The notes under the pieces are model-generated. The model made no database searches and was not told the origin of the DNA. It was given only the letters and a program-made list of their open reading frames with translations. 64,000 bases of DNA from Bacillota bacterium. Its GTDB lineage: Bacteria; Bacillota; Limnochordia; DUMW01. Position 1 is the stretch's first letter. Each line of letters opens with the position of its first letter. Shown here piece by piece: positions 20,163 through 29,190 of the stretch. The DNA lies in NCBI GenBank assembly GCA_012839765.1, contig DUMW01000082.1, positions 1,504 to 65,503 of the forward strand, read 5' to 3'. The translations under genes and the position numbers were made by a program.

Positions 20163-20165
20163 GCC

Positions 20166-20453
20166 GTGAACCTGAAAGTCTTTTTCCTGGCTTACAGTAC
20201 ATTGTTCTTGGCAGAGTTAGGGGATAAAACGCAGTTGGCGGTATTTACCCTGGCCGCCCAGTACAAATGCCCCTGGGTGGTCTTTGGGGGGGCTTCCCTG
20301 GGGCTTTTGACTGTGACCTTAATTAGTGCCCTGCTGGGCCAGACCATCGTGAAGCTTGTGCCCCCAGAGTATTTGCAGTTGGTGGCCGGTGTACTGTTTG
20401 TGGTGTTGGGAATTGGGATCCTGTGGGGGGCGGCGCGGGATCTTCTAGGATAG
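20166..20453 (+). CDS. UPF0016 (GDT1/TMEM165) family membrane protein, single-repeat half-size form
   Basis: It has the E-x-G-D-K-T signature (ELGDKTQ) and three TM helices in 95 aa. Confidence 0.7.
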   Translation: MNLKVFFLAYSTLFLAELGDKTQLAVFTLAAQYKCPWVVFGGASLGLLTVTLISALLGQTIVKLVPPEYLQLVAGVLFVVLGIGILWGAARDLLG

Positions 20454-20462
20454 GGTGATCCT

Positions 20463-21293
20463 ATGGGTGGTGTTTTCCAAATCCTGTGGTTCTTCTTGCT
20501 GCTGTCGGCTTTCTTGCCGATGCTAAGACAATGGAGGCTGGAAAGGGCGCGCCTTACGCTCCATCGGGCCATTGAACAGGAGCGGGGTTCCCGGCTGATA
20601 ACCCTCATCCATCGCCAGGAATCCATGAGTCTGTTCGGCATTCCTATCAAACGCTTCATTGATATCGAGGATGCGGAGCAGATCCTGCGTGCCATCCGGT
20701 TCACGCCGCCGAACATGCCCATTGATCTAATCCTACATACTCCCGGGGGACTGGTGTTGGCGTCGGAACAAATCGCCAATGCCCTAAAGCGCCATCCGGG
20801 GAAGGTGACGGTATTCATCCCCCACTATGCGATGAGCGGTGGAGTCCTCATCGCCCTAGCCGCCGATGAAATCGTGGTGGATGAGAATGCGGTCCTGGGA
20901 CCTGTGGATCCCCAAATTGGGCAGTACCCGGCCGCCTCCATCGTCAAAGTGTTGGAGCAGAAGGACGTGAACCAAATCGAGGATACCACCCTGATCCTGA
21001 TCGATGTGGCGAAGAAGGCCTTGGCCCAGGTGGAAGAGACGGTCTATGGGATCCTCAAAGACAAGCTGGAGGAGGAACGGGCCAGGCAGGTGGCAAACCT
21101 GTTGAGCCGGGGGTATTGGACCCACGACTATGCCCTATCCTGTCAGACCCTCCAGGAGATGGGTCTGAACGTACGGTGCGGGCTGCCCCGTAAGGTGTAT
21201 GAATTGATGGATCTGTATCCACAACCGGCCCAAAGGCGTACTTCCGTCGGTTACATCCCTGTTCCCTATCGCGGTGGTGAGTGGGAGTCTTAG
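20463..21293 (+). CDS. Membrane-anchored Clp-fold serine protease (SDH/S49-like family)
   Basis: It has an N-terminal TM segment and a ClpP/SppA-like core GGVLIALAADEIVVDENAVLGPVDPQ. Confidence 0.6.
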   Translation: MGGVFQILWFFLLLSAFLPMLRQWRLERARLTLHRAIEQERGSRLITLIHRQESMSLFGIPIKRFIDIEDAEQILRAIRFTPPNMPIDLILHTPGGLVLASEQIANALKRHPGKVTVFIPHYAMSGGVLIALAADEIVVDENAVLGPVDPQIGQYPAASIVKVLEQKDVNQIEDTTLILIDVAKKALAQVEETVYGILKDKLEEERARQVANLLSRGYWTHDYALSCQTLQEMGLNVRCGLPRKVYELMDLYPQPAQRRTSVGYIPVPYRGGEWES

Positions 21294-21337
21294 TAAGGGC
21301 ACAGGCTAGATTTTCGGATTTGTTGGAGGGAAAAGGA

Positions 21338-21850
21338 ATGACAAAGCAAATATTGGTTGGAATCGTGATGGGTTCTGATTCAGATCTACCGGTGATGGCC
21401 GATGCCGCTGCCTTTTTAGATGAGATGGGCGTGGGATATGAAATGCGGATCATTTCTGCCCATCGTACCCCCGATGTGGCCTTGTCCTATGCCAATTCCG
21501 CGGCGGAGCGGGGACTTAAGGTGATCATCGCCGGGGCAGGAAAAGCTGCCCATCTGCCGGGAGTCCTTGCGGCCTATACCCATCTGCCGGTGATCGGAGT
21601 TCCCATCCTCAGTAGTACCTTGGCGGGGACCGACGCGTTGTATTCCATTGTCCAGATGCCCACGGGGATTCCGGTGGCCTGTGTGGCCATTAACGGGGCC
21701 AAGAATGCAGCCATTTTAGCCTGTCAGATGCTGGGGATTGGCGACGAAAGGCTGGCGGCCAAAGTCCAGGATTACAAGGCCCGCCTAGCGGAGGAAGTGC
21801 GAACGAAGGATCAGAGGCTGCAGGAGCAAGGGTGGCGGGCCTATACCTAA
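21338..21850 (+). CDS. purE: N5-carboxyaminoimidazole ribonucleotide mutase
   Basis: It has the N-terminus MTKQILVGIVMGSDSDLPVM and the SAHRTP motif. Confidence 0.9.
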   Translation: MTKQILVGIVMGSDSDLPVMADAAAFLDEMGVGYEMRIISAHRTPDVALSYANSAAERGLKVIIAGAGKAAHLPGVLAAYTHLPVIGVPILSSTLAGTDALYSIVQMPTGIPVACVAINGAKNAAILACQMLGIGDERLAAKVQDYKARLAEEVRTKDQRLQEQGWRAYT

Positions 21851-21979
21851 ACAGATGCTCCCCAGGTTTCGGGCCAGTGACGATTGTTGTGGCAGTCTAG
21901 GCCAAAACATCTGTCTTTTCTGGTGGCGCAGACCCTGCCCGGGGAAACTGTGAAAAAGTGAGGCAGACCGCCTTTCCGT

Positions 21980-22024
21980 TGCAAGAAAACAGATGGTAAG
22001 GCGGAATCCGTTCTGCCTTACCAT
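21980..22024 (-). terminator. Intrinsic terminator for the minus-strand hydrolase gene
   Basis: A 10-bp perfect stem (atggtaaggc / gccttaccat) with a 12-nt loop is present. A U-rich run (revcomp cuguuuucuug) lies on the minus-strand 3' side. Confidence 0.5.
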
Positions 22025-22091
22025 GGACGAAGGCGTTGACAACTTAGTCCCTATGCCTTGTTGGTGGCTGCGTATGCCAGCGACAGTAGGT

Positions 22092-23159
22092 CTAATCCCA
22101 CCCGCTTACCTGTCGAAACACTGGCCACGCTTCGTCGGGGTAGAACCGGTGGCCTTCGGGACCCACCACCAGCCTGATCTTATCTTCGGCGTTTGCAGCC
22201 TTATATAAAGCCTGGGCTGTGGTGAAGGCTTCCCTTACTCCGATGAGGGGAGAGAGGTGATCTTTTGCCCCGGCCACGATCACCAAGGGTCTGGGGGCGA
22301 TAAGGCCGGCCAGATCTCCCATTTCGAAATACTGCCGAACCCTGGGCAGATAGCCGCACACGCAGTGGTCCACGGCACCACGTCCGTGTCGATAGGTACA
22401 AAAGGTGCAGGAAGGCATCGCGACCTTGATCCGCTCATCCATACACGCGGCATAGAAGGTTACCGTTCCGCCCCCGGAGTTGCCCATGCACCCGATCCGG
22501 GAGCTGTCCACCTGGGGAAACTGCTCTAACGCATCAATGGCCCTGGAAACGTCCCACACCCGCTCACCGATCATGGTGCGACCTAGGAGTAGGGCGGTCA
22601 AAGTCCCGTGGTGGCAAGCTTGACGGGCGGTTAGCCTTTGGGCCTGTTCAGGCCTTTGATCCCTTCTCTCGCCAAAGCAGCGCTGTTCCATCGCTAACGC
22701 GGCATAACCTTCCCTGACTGCTTGCAAGGCAAAATCCCGGCCCCCGGCAATACTCTTCTCATCTTCGGGGGACTTGGGGATCCCCAAGGAAATGTGCATT
22801 CCTGCCGTATGCCCCTGTAGACAGATTACCACCGGGTAGGGAGCTTTTCCCCCCTTGGGCAGAAGCAGGTGGCAGGGGACATCGGCCCCCTTTTCCGCGG
22901 TGAACAAAAACCGGATCTCCCGATAGTAACCTCGTTCCGCTTCCCACTCCACTCGCACCTGCAAAGGCACCGGTTCTGGATTTGCTCCCAGTATTTCCCC
23001 CAATTTGGCCCTGGCCTTGTTTTGCCATCTGCGGAAATCCTCCCTCGGCTCGTAGGCGAGGCAGGGGCGCAGCTTTTGAAACCACAGGTCGTGACAGGTT
23101 TCTGGAGAAAGGTCCGGCAATCTGGTTTCCTCCCTTTGGTTAGTGTAGCCTTGGGGCAA
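22092..23159 (-). CDS. Alpha/beta-fold hydrolase (putative acetyl/carbohydrate esterase or dienelactone-hydrolase-like)
   Basis: It has the nucleophile elbow GCMGNSGGG (G-x-S-x-G) and an alpha/beta core. No signal peptide is present. Confidence 0.6.
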   Translation of the reverse strand: MPQGYTNQREETRLPDLSPETCHDLWFQKLRPCLAYEPREDFRRWQNKARAKLGEILGANPEPVPLQVRVEWEAERGYYREIRFLFTAEKGADVPCHLLLPKGGKAPYPVVICLQGHTAGMHISLGIPKSPEDEKSIAGGRDFALQAVREGYAALAMEQRCFGERRDQRPEQAQRLTARQACHHGTLTALLLGRTMIGERVWDVSRAIDALEQFPQVDSSRIGCMGNSGGGTVTFYAACMDERIKVAMPSCTFCTYRHGRGAVDHCVCGYLPRVRQYFEMGDLAGLIAPRPLVIVAGAKDHLSPLIGVREAFTTAQALYKAANAEDKIRLVVGPEGHRFYPDEAWPVFRQVSGWD

Positions 23160-23585
23160 AGACCTTCCAGGGGCTCGCCCTGGGTCTTCTTCTTTGCCTG
23201 GGGAAAACTGAGGCGGGAGGGTTTTCCCTGCAGGCGGAAAACGATCCCTGCGCGGCTGGAAGGTGTCATCTGCTAGTGTACATTCTCAGTGGATATATCA
23301 AATGTCTGTAGTATATCATTTCCTGTCCCATGTTTGCTGCGGGTTTGTGCCTTGGGTATGGCGGAAAACTGCAGGTTTGTGATAGGCTTTGGCGCGAAGA
23401 TCTCTATGCAATTGTTTCGCTTCCCGATTCCTTTTCGCCTTCGGCAGGAAGGAACCGATGTACCCTAGGAGAATATAACCAAAGGAGGGTTTCCTTTCCT
23501 CCCTTTTTTCCCGATGGCGGGGACGTAACTCCGGTTGCTTAAAGTCTTACACTTCTTGCTTGTTAGCACGATGAGGAGGTAGCTT

Positions 23586-24503
23586 GTGGAAGCGGCACTG
23601 ACGGTTAAACAGGTGTGCAAAAGCTATGGTGGACGCCGTGTAGTGGACAATGTGTCCTTTGAGGTGTACCCTGGAGAGATCATGGCCCTGTTAGGTCCCA
23701 ACGGAGCTGGAAAGACCACCATTATCCGCATGATTATGGGGATCGTAGGACTGGATGCCGGAGAGCTTCAGTTCCGGTTTGAACCGGGGACGGTGGCCAA
23801 GACCGTGGATAAAGCCAAGGTGGGATATCTGCCCGAGGAGCGGGGACTGTACCGAGAATCGCAGGTCTTGGATGTTTTGATCTTCTTGGCGGGGTTAAAG
23901 GGTGTACCCAAGGAGGTGGCCAAACAACGGGCGCTGGAATGGCTGGAACGTTTCGGTTTGGGGAATTATGCCCGGGCCAAGGTCCAGGAGCTTTCCAAGG
24001 GGATGGCCCAGCGGGTGCAGTTTATTGCCACCGTCCTCCATGAACCAAGTTTGGTGGTCTTGGATGAGCCCTTCTCGGGACTGGATCCTGTTAGCCAGGA
24101 CTTCTTCCAGGAGGAGATTCGGAAACTCGCCCAACGGGGTACCGCGGTGTTGCTTTGTAGCCACCAGATGAACCTGGTGGAGGCCATCTGCCATCGTATT
24201 TTCCTCATCAATGAAGGTCAGCGGGTCCTCTACGGTTCACTGCGGGACATTAAAACCCAATATGGAAACTACCGGGTAAACATGCTTATGGAAGCGGCGG
24301 ACGACGGACTGCTTCATCATCCCCTGGTGGCAGAACACCAGTGGAGGGGTAATCGTCTCATCCTGTTACTGAAGGACGGAGTGGGTCCTGCGGAGTTTGT
24401 GAATAGTTTAGATCCCTCCCTTACCATTGAGGAGCTTTCGATTACCCGGATCTCTCTCCATGATATCTTCGTACGGGTGGCCAAGAAGGAGGCGGTGGTA
24501 TGA
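23586..24503 (+). CDS. ABC transporter ATP-binding protein
   Basis: It has the Walker A motif GPNGAGKTT, the signature LSKGMAQR and the Walker B motif LVVLDEP. Confidence 0.85.
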   Translation: MEAALTVKQVCKSYGGRRVVDNVSFEVYPGEIMALLGPNGAGKTTIIRMIMGIVGLDAGELQFRFEPGTVAKTVDKAKVGYLPEERGLYRESQVLDVLIFLAGLKGVPKEVAKQRALEWLERFGLGNYARAKVQELSKGMAQRVQFIATVLHEPSLVVLDEPFSGLDPVSQDFFQEEIRKLAQRGTAVLLCSHQMNLVEAICHRIFLINEGQRVLYGSLRDIKTQYGNYRVNMLMEAADDGLLHHPLVAEHQWRGNRLILLLKDGVGPAEFVNSLDPSLTIEELSITRISLHDIFVRVAKKEAVV

Positions 24504-25684
24504 ACGCCACAAGGCAGATTATGATGTGGGAGATTATGCGCAATTTGCGCAACAAGCAGTTTCTGATCGGGATGTTTCTCACGCCACTGATTATTGTAGG
24601 TTTTAGCGGCCTGCCGATCCTAGTCCAGAAGTTCGATCGTCCTTCGATTGATCTTTATGTGGTGCGGGATGAAGTGGGGGTGTTTCCTGCCCTTGTGGCC
24701 CTGGCCGAAGGTAGTAATGTGGAGCTAGAACTGTATATGGGGGAGGATTTGGCATCCTACGCGCAGGAACAGAAAGCCAAGGGGTATTTTGTCCTCGACG
24801 ACACTTTCGTGGAGACGGGGCAGGTGCAGGTGCACGTAGAGAAGGCGCAATCCCTGGATCCCTTGCCACGGCTATTGACGGATCTGCTACAAAGTGTGCG
24901 CATCCAGCAGGCAGGGATCGATCCCGTCTTGGTTCAATACCTGACTGCTTCCTGCCAAGTGATTCCTGTCTTACCCGCGGGCAAGGAGACTGAACAGTTG
25001 CGTTCTATTGTTACTTCCATTGCGCTTACCATGGTGATGTTTGTCCTGATTCTCCTTACCGGTGGGATGCTCTTTTACAGTGCCTTGCAGGAGAAACGGG
25101 ACCGTATGTCCGAGGTTGTGCTTTCCTCCATCAGCCCCATCGACCTCATGCAAGGGAAGATCCTGGGTAACTTTATCCTGGGGGTCATCCAGTTTGCCTT
25201 TTGGTTGATCCTCGCGGTGGCTGTCCTCAGATTCGGCTTTGATATTCCCGTGGAGGAGTATATTTCTTGGCGGCAGTTGCCGGTGTTAATGGTCTTCGGT
25301 CTTTTGGGATATTTACTCTATGGGGCCATGTTTGTGGGCCTAGGAGCTACCCTGGAAGATGTGCAAAGTGCGGGTAACACCCAGGGAATAGCCTTCATGC
25401 TCCCTATGCTGGGTTTTGTCTTCATTGGACCCATCATCGCTAATCCCGATGGTCCCATCGCCACCATCGTGTCTTTGGTTCCTATTACCAGCCCTTGGAT
25501 GGTGATGATGCGCTCAGGTCTAACGGTGATCCCTCCCTGGGAACTGGTCTTGAGCGCAGTGCTTCTCTTGATCACCACTATTCTTGTGGTGTATGCTTCC
25601 GCTAAGATCTTCCGGGTGGGCATGTTAATGTATGGAAAGACCGCCACTCCCAGGGAGATCTGGAAATGGATCCGGTATGAATAG
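24500..25684 (+). CDS. ABC-2 family transporter permease
   Basis: It has six predicted TM helices and is translationally coupled to the ATPase (ATGA overlap). Confidence 0.75.
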   Translation: MNATRQIMMWEIMRNLRNKQFLIGMFLTPLIIVGFSGLPILVQKFDRPSIDLYVVRDEVGVFPALVALAEGSNVELELYMGEDLASYAQEQKAKGYFVLDDTFVETGQVQVHVEKAQSLDPLPRLLTDLLQSVRIQQAGIDPVLVQYLTASCQVIPVLPAGKETEQLRSIVTSIALTMVMFVLILLTGGMLFYSALQEKRDRMSEVVLSSISPIDLMQGKILGNFILGVIQFAFWLILAVAVLRFGFDIPVEEYISWRQLPVLMVFGLLGYLLYGAMFVGLGATLEDVQSAGNTQGIAFMLPMLGFVFIGPIIANPDGPIATIVSLVPITSPWMVMMRSGLTVIPPWELVLSAVLLLITTILVVYASAKIFRVGMLMYGKTATPREIWKWIRYE

Positions 25685-25695
25685 AAAAACCATGG

Positions 25696-25728
25696 AGGAT
25701 GCTGCCGATGGCCGGTGGCATCCTTTTT
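25696..25728 (+). terminator. Intrinsic terminator after the ABC-2 operon
   Basis: A stem (aggatgc ... gcatcct) is followed by ttttt. Confidence 0.5.
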
Positions 25729-26149
25729 CCTGCTGTAATGGGGGATGGGTCAGTCTTTCCGGTGCGGGGCATGCCCAAGCACCTTCTGCCAATACGGTTC
25801 CCAGGGGATAGAAGAAAACCCTCGGACTGGGTAGATCGAAGACGGGTTAGTTCAGATGTGGAGTATTTGGCAGTAAGAAGGATGACTAGCGAAAACACCA
25901 CAGAGACTGTGGGGTTACGGCCGGGGCTATGTGTGGTGGCGCAGAGTGTGGGCGAAGTTCGTTATACTTTTGGCGTGCACGGTTGTCGGCCGTGGTTGCT
26001 GTAGCTTAGGTTTGAGGACTTGTGCCTGAGGGTGGCGGTGTCAAGACGGCGGTAACTTGCTGTTAATGACTGAATATTGTTTAAATGTGTTCTAGATTTC
26101 GCCCAAGGCGTATTCTGTCCCAGGCGCAGATACTAAGGAAGGAGCGAAC

Positions 26150-27160
26150 ATGGGTACTAGGTGGAGGATGGCTCTAGCTGTCGGTGGTATCTTCTTACTG
26201 GTTGTGGTGGTCTGGGTGCTGCGGGATGGGGATGGACAGAAGGGTGAGGCAGATCTCGATGTGGAGGTGGTGGAACCGTCGGTGACGCTGGAGGAAGAGG
26301 AGAGGGTACTTACCTATGCTTTCCTAGGGATCGGCAGCTGGTCTCCTCCTACGGGGGTCATCGAGGAGTTTTCCGAGCAATATGGAATCAATGTGCGCCA
26401 AGATTCCCTGGTGGGATATGACAAGCTGGTCACCCGCCTCGCGGCCGGAGAGGAGTTCCTGCCGGACTTGATCTTTGTCCACGAGAAGGATGCTATCGAC
26501 CTGGTCCGGAGCAATGCCTTGGTGGAACTGGATAGTCTCTGCCAGGAGGCAGGGATCGATCCTGCGACATTGCCCCCGGGTAACGAGCTTTATCCTGCGG
26601 TTTACGAAGGAAAACGCTTCTTCCTCCGGGTGGAAGGGTCTGCCATGAACCGCCCCGTATTGGTGGGTCTAGTCAGGCGTCGCTATGTGTCCGAAGCCTT
26701 TGAGTTGGCCTATCGGATTGCCCGGAGCGGTTCTTTCTGGCGCCCGGCGGATTATGACGGTGTGATTTGGAATATGGACTTTCAGCTGTTGGTAAACGAT
26801 TATTTCCTTCCCTATTCCTTTGAGCTGCTCTACCACAATGTGCTGCATCCGGATCTGCAAGAGTACTGGACCGAGGAGGAGTTCGTGAAGCGCCATAAGG
26901 AGTATCTAGAATATGAATGGAGGTATGTGGCCCGGGTGATGCCGGAGGAAGTGCAGAAGGTGGGCACCTACGTCAGTCCATATACGGAGAAGGAATATGA
27001 CCAGGTGGTTCGGGTAGAGGTCACCCTGTGGAACGAGGTCCGGGAGGATCACTCCCGGGGCAGCGCCTTTGCTCCAGGGAGCTCGTCGGTGGTGCAGGAT
27101 CTGGTGCAGACCTACCTCTATTTCACCCCCGTGGATGGCCGCTGGTGCCTATTGCTTTAG
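26150..27160 (+). CDS. Membrane-anchored SBP-like protein (degenerate family-1 solute-binding fold)
   Basis: It has an N-terminal TM anchor. The segments TYAFLGIGSW...FLPDLIFVHEKDAIDLVRSNALVELD resemble the SBP N-lobe, but at 336 aa it is shorter than a canonical SBP. Confidence 0.5.
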   Translation: MGTRWRMALAVGGIFLLVVVVWVLRDGDGQKGEADLDVEVVEPSVTLEEEERVLTYAFLGIGSWSPPTGVIEEFSEQYGINVRQDSLVGYDKLVTRLAAGEEFLPDLIFVHEKDAIDLVRSNALVELDSLCQEAGIDPATLPPGNELYPAVYEGKRFFLRVEGSAMNRPVLVGLVRRRYVSEAFELAYRIARSGSFWRPADYDGVIWNMDFQLLVNDYFLPYSFELLYHNVLHPDLQEYWTEEEFVKRHKEYLEYEWRYVARVMPEEVQKVGTYVSPYTEKEYDQVVRVEVTLWNEVREDHSRGSAFAPGSSSVVQDLVQTYLYFTPVDGRWCLLL

Positions 27161-27170
27161 CTAGCTGGGT

Positions 27171-27199
27171 TTGACAAAACCAGTGGGGTTTGCTACACT
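27171..27199 (+). promoter_or_regulatory. Sigma-A promoter of the purMNHD operon
   Basis: It has TTGACA (27171-76), a 17-nt spacer, and TACACT (27194-99). Confidence 0.55.
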
Positions 27200-27205
27200 G
27201 AAGGC

Positions 27206-27390
27206 GCCTAAAGCAGTACGCTGGCTTCGAAATTGCATAGCGATGAAAGTGCATCTAGGGTTCCGCCTGTGTGAAACAGGGACTGCGACCAAGTGATGCA
27301 GGCATTAGGAATTAATGCTACACCTTAGCGGGATAAAAACCCTGGCGGGCAGGTTTCATGGACCAATGGACCTTGCCCGACTTTTTTTTG
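27206..27390 (+). promoter_or_regulatory. Structured 5' leader with intrinsic terminator upstream of purM; riboswitch/attenuator candidate (ZTP/pfl class suspected, unverified)
   Basis: A ~185-nt leader lies between the promoter and purM. It contains internal hairpins (GCAUUAGGAAUUAAUGC; CCUGUGUGAAACAGG). A terminator is formed by cgggcaggt ... accttgcccg (27346-27379) plus T8. The upstream segment UUCCGCCUG could pair with CUGGCGG of the terminator's 5' flank, giving an antiterminator-like alternative. Confidence 0.4.
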
Positions 27391-27482
27391 TATATTAAAA
27401 GTAACATAGCCTGAAATAGGTGCTTTGTACTGTACTTACTCAATTACCGGGAGCGACTTGTTCCGACGATGGGGTGAAGGAC

Positions 27483-28517
27483 ATGACTGAGAAGAAACTG
27501 ACCTATAAGGATGCGGGGGTGGATATCCACGCGGGTTATGAGACGGTTCGGAAGATCAAGGACTACGCCAAGTCCACCTACGGTCCTGAGGTGCTCAACG
27601 AGCTAGGCTCCTTTGGTGGGCTTTTTGCCCTGACCCAGGGGTCCTACCAGGAGCCGGTGCTGGTGGCTGGTACCGATGGGGTGGGCACCAAGCTTAAGAT
27701 CGCCTTTCTGATGGACAAGCATGATACTGTGGGCTTGGACCTGGTGGCCTATTGTGTGAATGATATTATCTGCCATGGGGCGCGTCCCTTGTTTTTCCTG
27801 GACTATCTGGCCGTAGGCAAACTGGCCCCTGATACCGCCGCCCAGATCGTCTCCGGGGTGGCCGCGGGCTGTCGTCAGGCCGGCTGTGCCCTAATTGGCG
27901 GGGAGACCGCGGAGATGCCTGGTTTCTATGGACCAGGAGAGTATGACCTGGCGGGCTTTGCGGTGGGGGTGGTGGAGAAGAGCAAGTTGATCGACGGTAG
28001 CCTCACCCGGCCCAAGGATGTACTGATTGGGATCGCCTCCACCGGACTGCAGTCTAGCGGCTATTCCCTGGTGCGGAAGGCTTTGTTGGGGAAATATCCG
28101 GTGGACACCATGATCCCCGAGTTTGGTCGCACCCTAGGGGAGGAACTCCTGGAACCTACCGGTATCTATGCGCGGCAGATCAACACCCTGGTGGAGAAGT
28201 ACCCCATCGGGGGGATTGCCAATATCAGTGGTGGGGGACTGCCGGAGAATGTGCCGAGAAGCCTGGCCGAAGGGTGCGAGGCAGTGATTAAGAAGGGTAG
28301 CTGGCCTGTGTTGCCCGTCTTTGAATTCCTGCAGCGGGAGGGCAACATCGACGAGGAGGAGATGTACAATACCTTCAACATGGGTATTGCCATGGTGCTG
28401 GTGGTGCGGCCCGAACATGTGGATGCGGTGCAGCGGGAGTTGACCGCCATGGGCGAACGGAGCTACGTGATCGGTGAGGTTGTGGCCGGTGAACGGAAGG
28501 TTACCTTTACCAAGTGA
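27483..28517 (+). CDS. purM: Phosphoribosylformylglycinamidine cyclo-ligase (AIR synthetase)
   Basis: It has the N-terminus MTEKKLTYKDAGVDI and the AIRS and AIRS_C domains. Confidence 0.9.
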   Translation: MTEKKLTYKDAGVDIHAGYETVRKIKDYAKSTYGPEVLNELGSFGGLFALTQGSYQEPVLVAGTDGVGTKLKIAFLMDKHDTVGLDLVAYCVNDIICHGARPLFFLDYLAVGKLAPDTAAQIVSGVAAGCRQAGCALIGGETAEMPGFYGPGEYDLAGFAVGVVEKSKLIDGSLTRPKDVLIGIASTGLQSSGYSLVRKALLGKYPVDTMIPEFGRTLGEELLEPTGIYARQINTLVEKYPIGGIANISGGGLPENVPRSLAEGCEAVIKKGSWPVLPVFEFLQREGNIDEEEMYNTFNMGIAMVLVVRPEHVDAVQRELTAMGERSYVIGEVVAGERKVTFTK

Positions 28518-28523
28518 CGGAAG

Positions 28524-29156
28524 GTGAGGACGTTGCTCAAGTTAGGTATCCTGGTCTCAGGCCGGGGGAGCAATCTGCAAGCGATTATCGATGCCATCGA
28601 GGCCGGAAGGCTGGCGGCACAGATCCAGGTTGTAATTAGCGACCGGGCCGACGCCTTTGCCCTAAAGCGAGCCGCGGCCTATGGCATACCCACCGAAGTG
28701 ATCCTCCGGGAAGACTATCCGGATAAGCAGCAGTTCGAGGCGGCCATTGTCCGGTCCCTCCAAGCCAGGGAAGTGGAGTTAGTGGTATTGGCAGGCTTTA
28801 TCCGGTTGCTCTCCGGCTGGTTCCTGGAGCACTTCAAGTGGCGGGTGATCAACATCCATCCGTCCCTGTTGCCGGCTTTTCCGGGGTTGAATGCCCAGGC
28901 CCAGGCCCTGGAGTATGGGGTGCGGGTGTCTGGGTGCACTGTACATTTTGTAGATGAGGGGATGGATTCTGGCCCTATCATCCTCCAACGGACGGTACCG
29001 GTCCTCGATGACGATACGGTGGAGACCCTGTCCCTGCGGATCCTGGAGCAGGAGCATCTAGCGTATCCAGAGGCAATCAACTTGATCGCCAAAGGGATGC
29101 TGCGCATTGAAGGACGCCGGGTGCTGCGGGTACAGCCATCCACTGGGGAAATATAA
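28524..29156 (+). CDS. purN: Phosphoribosylglycinamide formyltransferase
   Basis: It has ILVSGRGSNLQA and NIHPSLLP motifs. The start may be GTG 28524 or TTG 28533. Confidence 0.85.
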   Translation: MRTLLKLGILVSGRGSNLQAIIDAIEAGRLAAQIQVVISDRADAFALKRAAAYGIPTEVILREDYPDKQQFEAAIVRSLQAREVELVVLAGFIRLLSGWFLEHFKWRVINIHPSLLPAFPGLNAQAQALEYGVRVSGCTVHFVDEGMDSGPIILQRTVPVLDDDTVETLSLRILEQEHLAYPEAINLIAKGMLRIEGRRVLRVQPSTGEI

Positions 29157-29190
29157 AGCTAGGGAGGGAACCGCATCGGCCCGCGGGCCG

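Noticed and set aside
22869-23542. Small ORFs (135 aa, 70 aa) lie in the divergent region between the hydrolase and the ABC ATPase.
   Set aside because: They overlap the hydrolase coding region antisense or lie in the promoter spacer. They have no RBS or motifs.
27206-27390. I considered assigning the purM leader specifically to the ZTP riboswitch class.
   Set aside because: I could not match the remembered ZTP consensus (GGGUCGUGACUGGCG ... CCGCCUGGGC) convincingly by eye; only fragments (GACUG, CCGCCUG) are present. It is kept as an unclassified riboswitch candidate.
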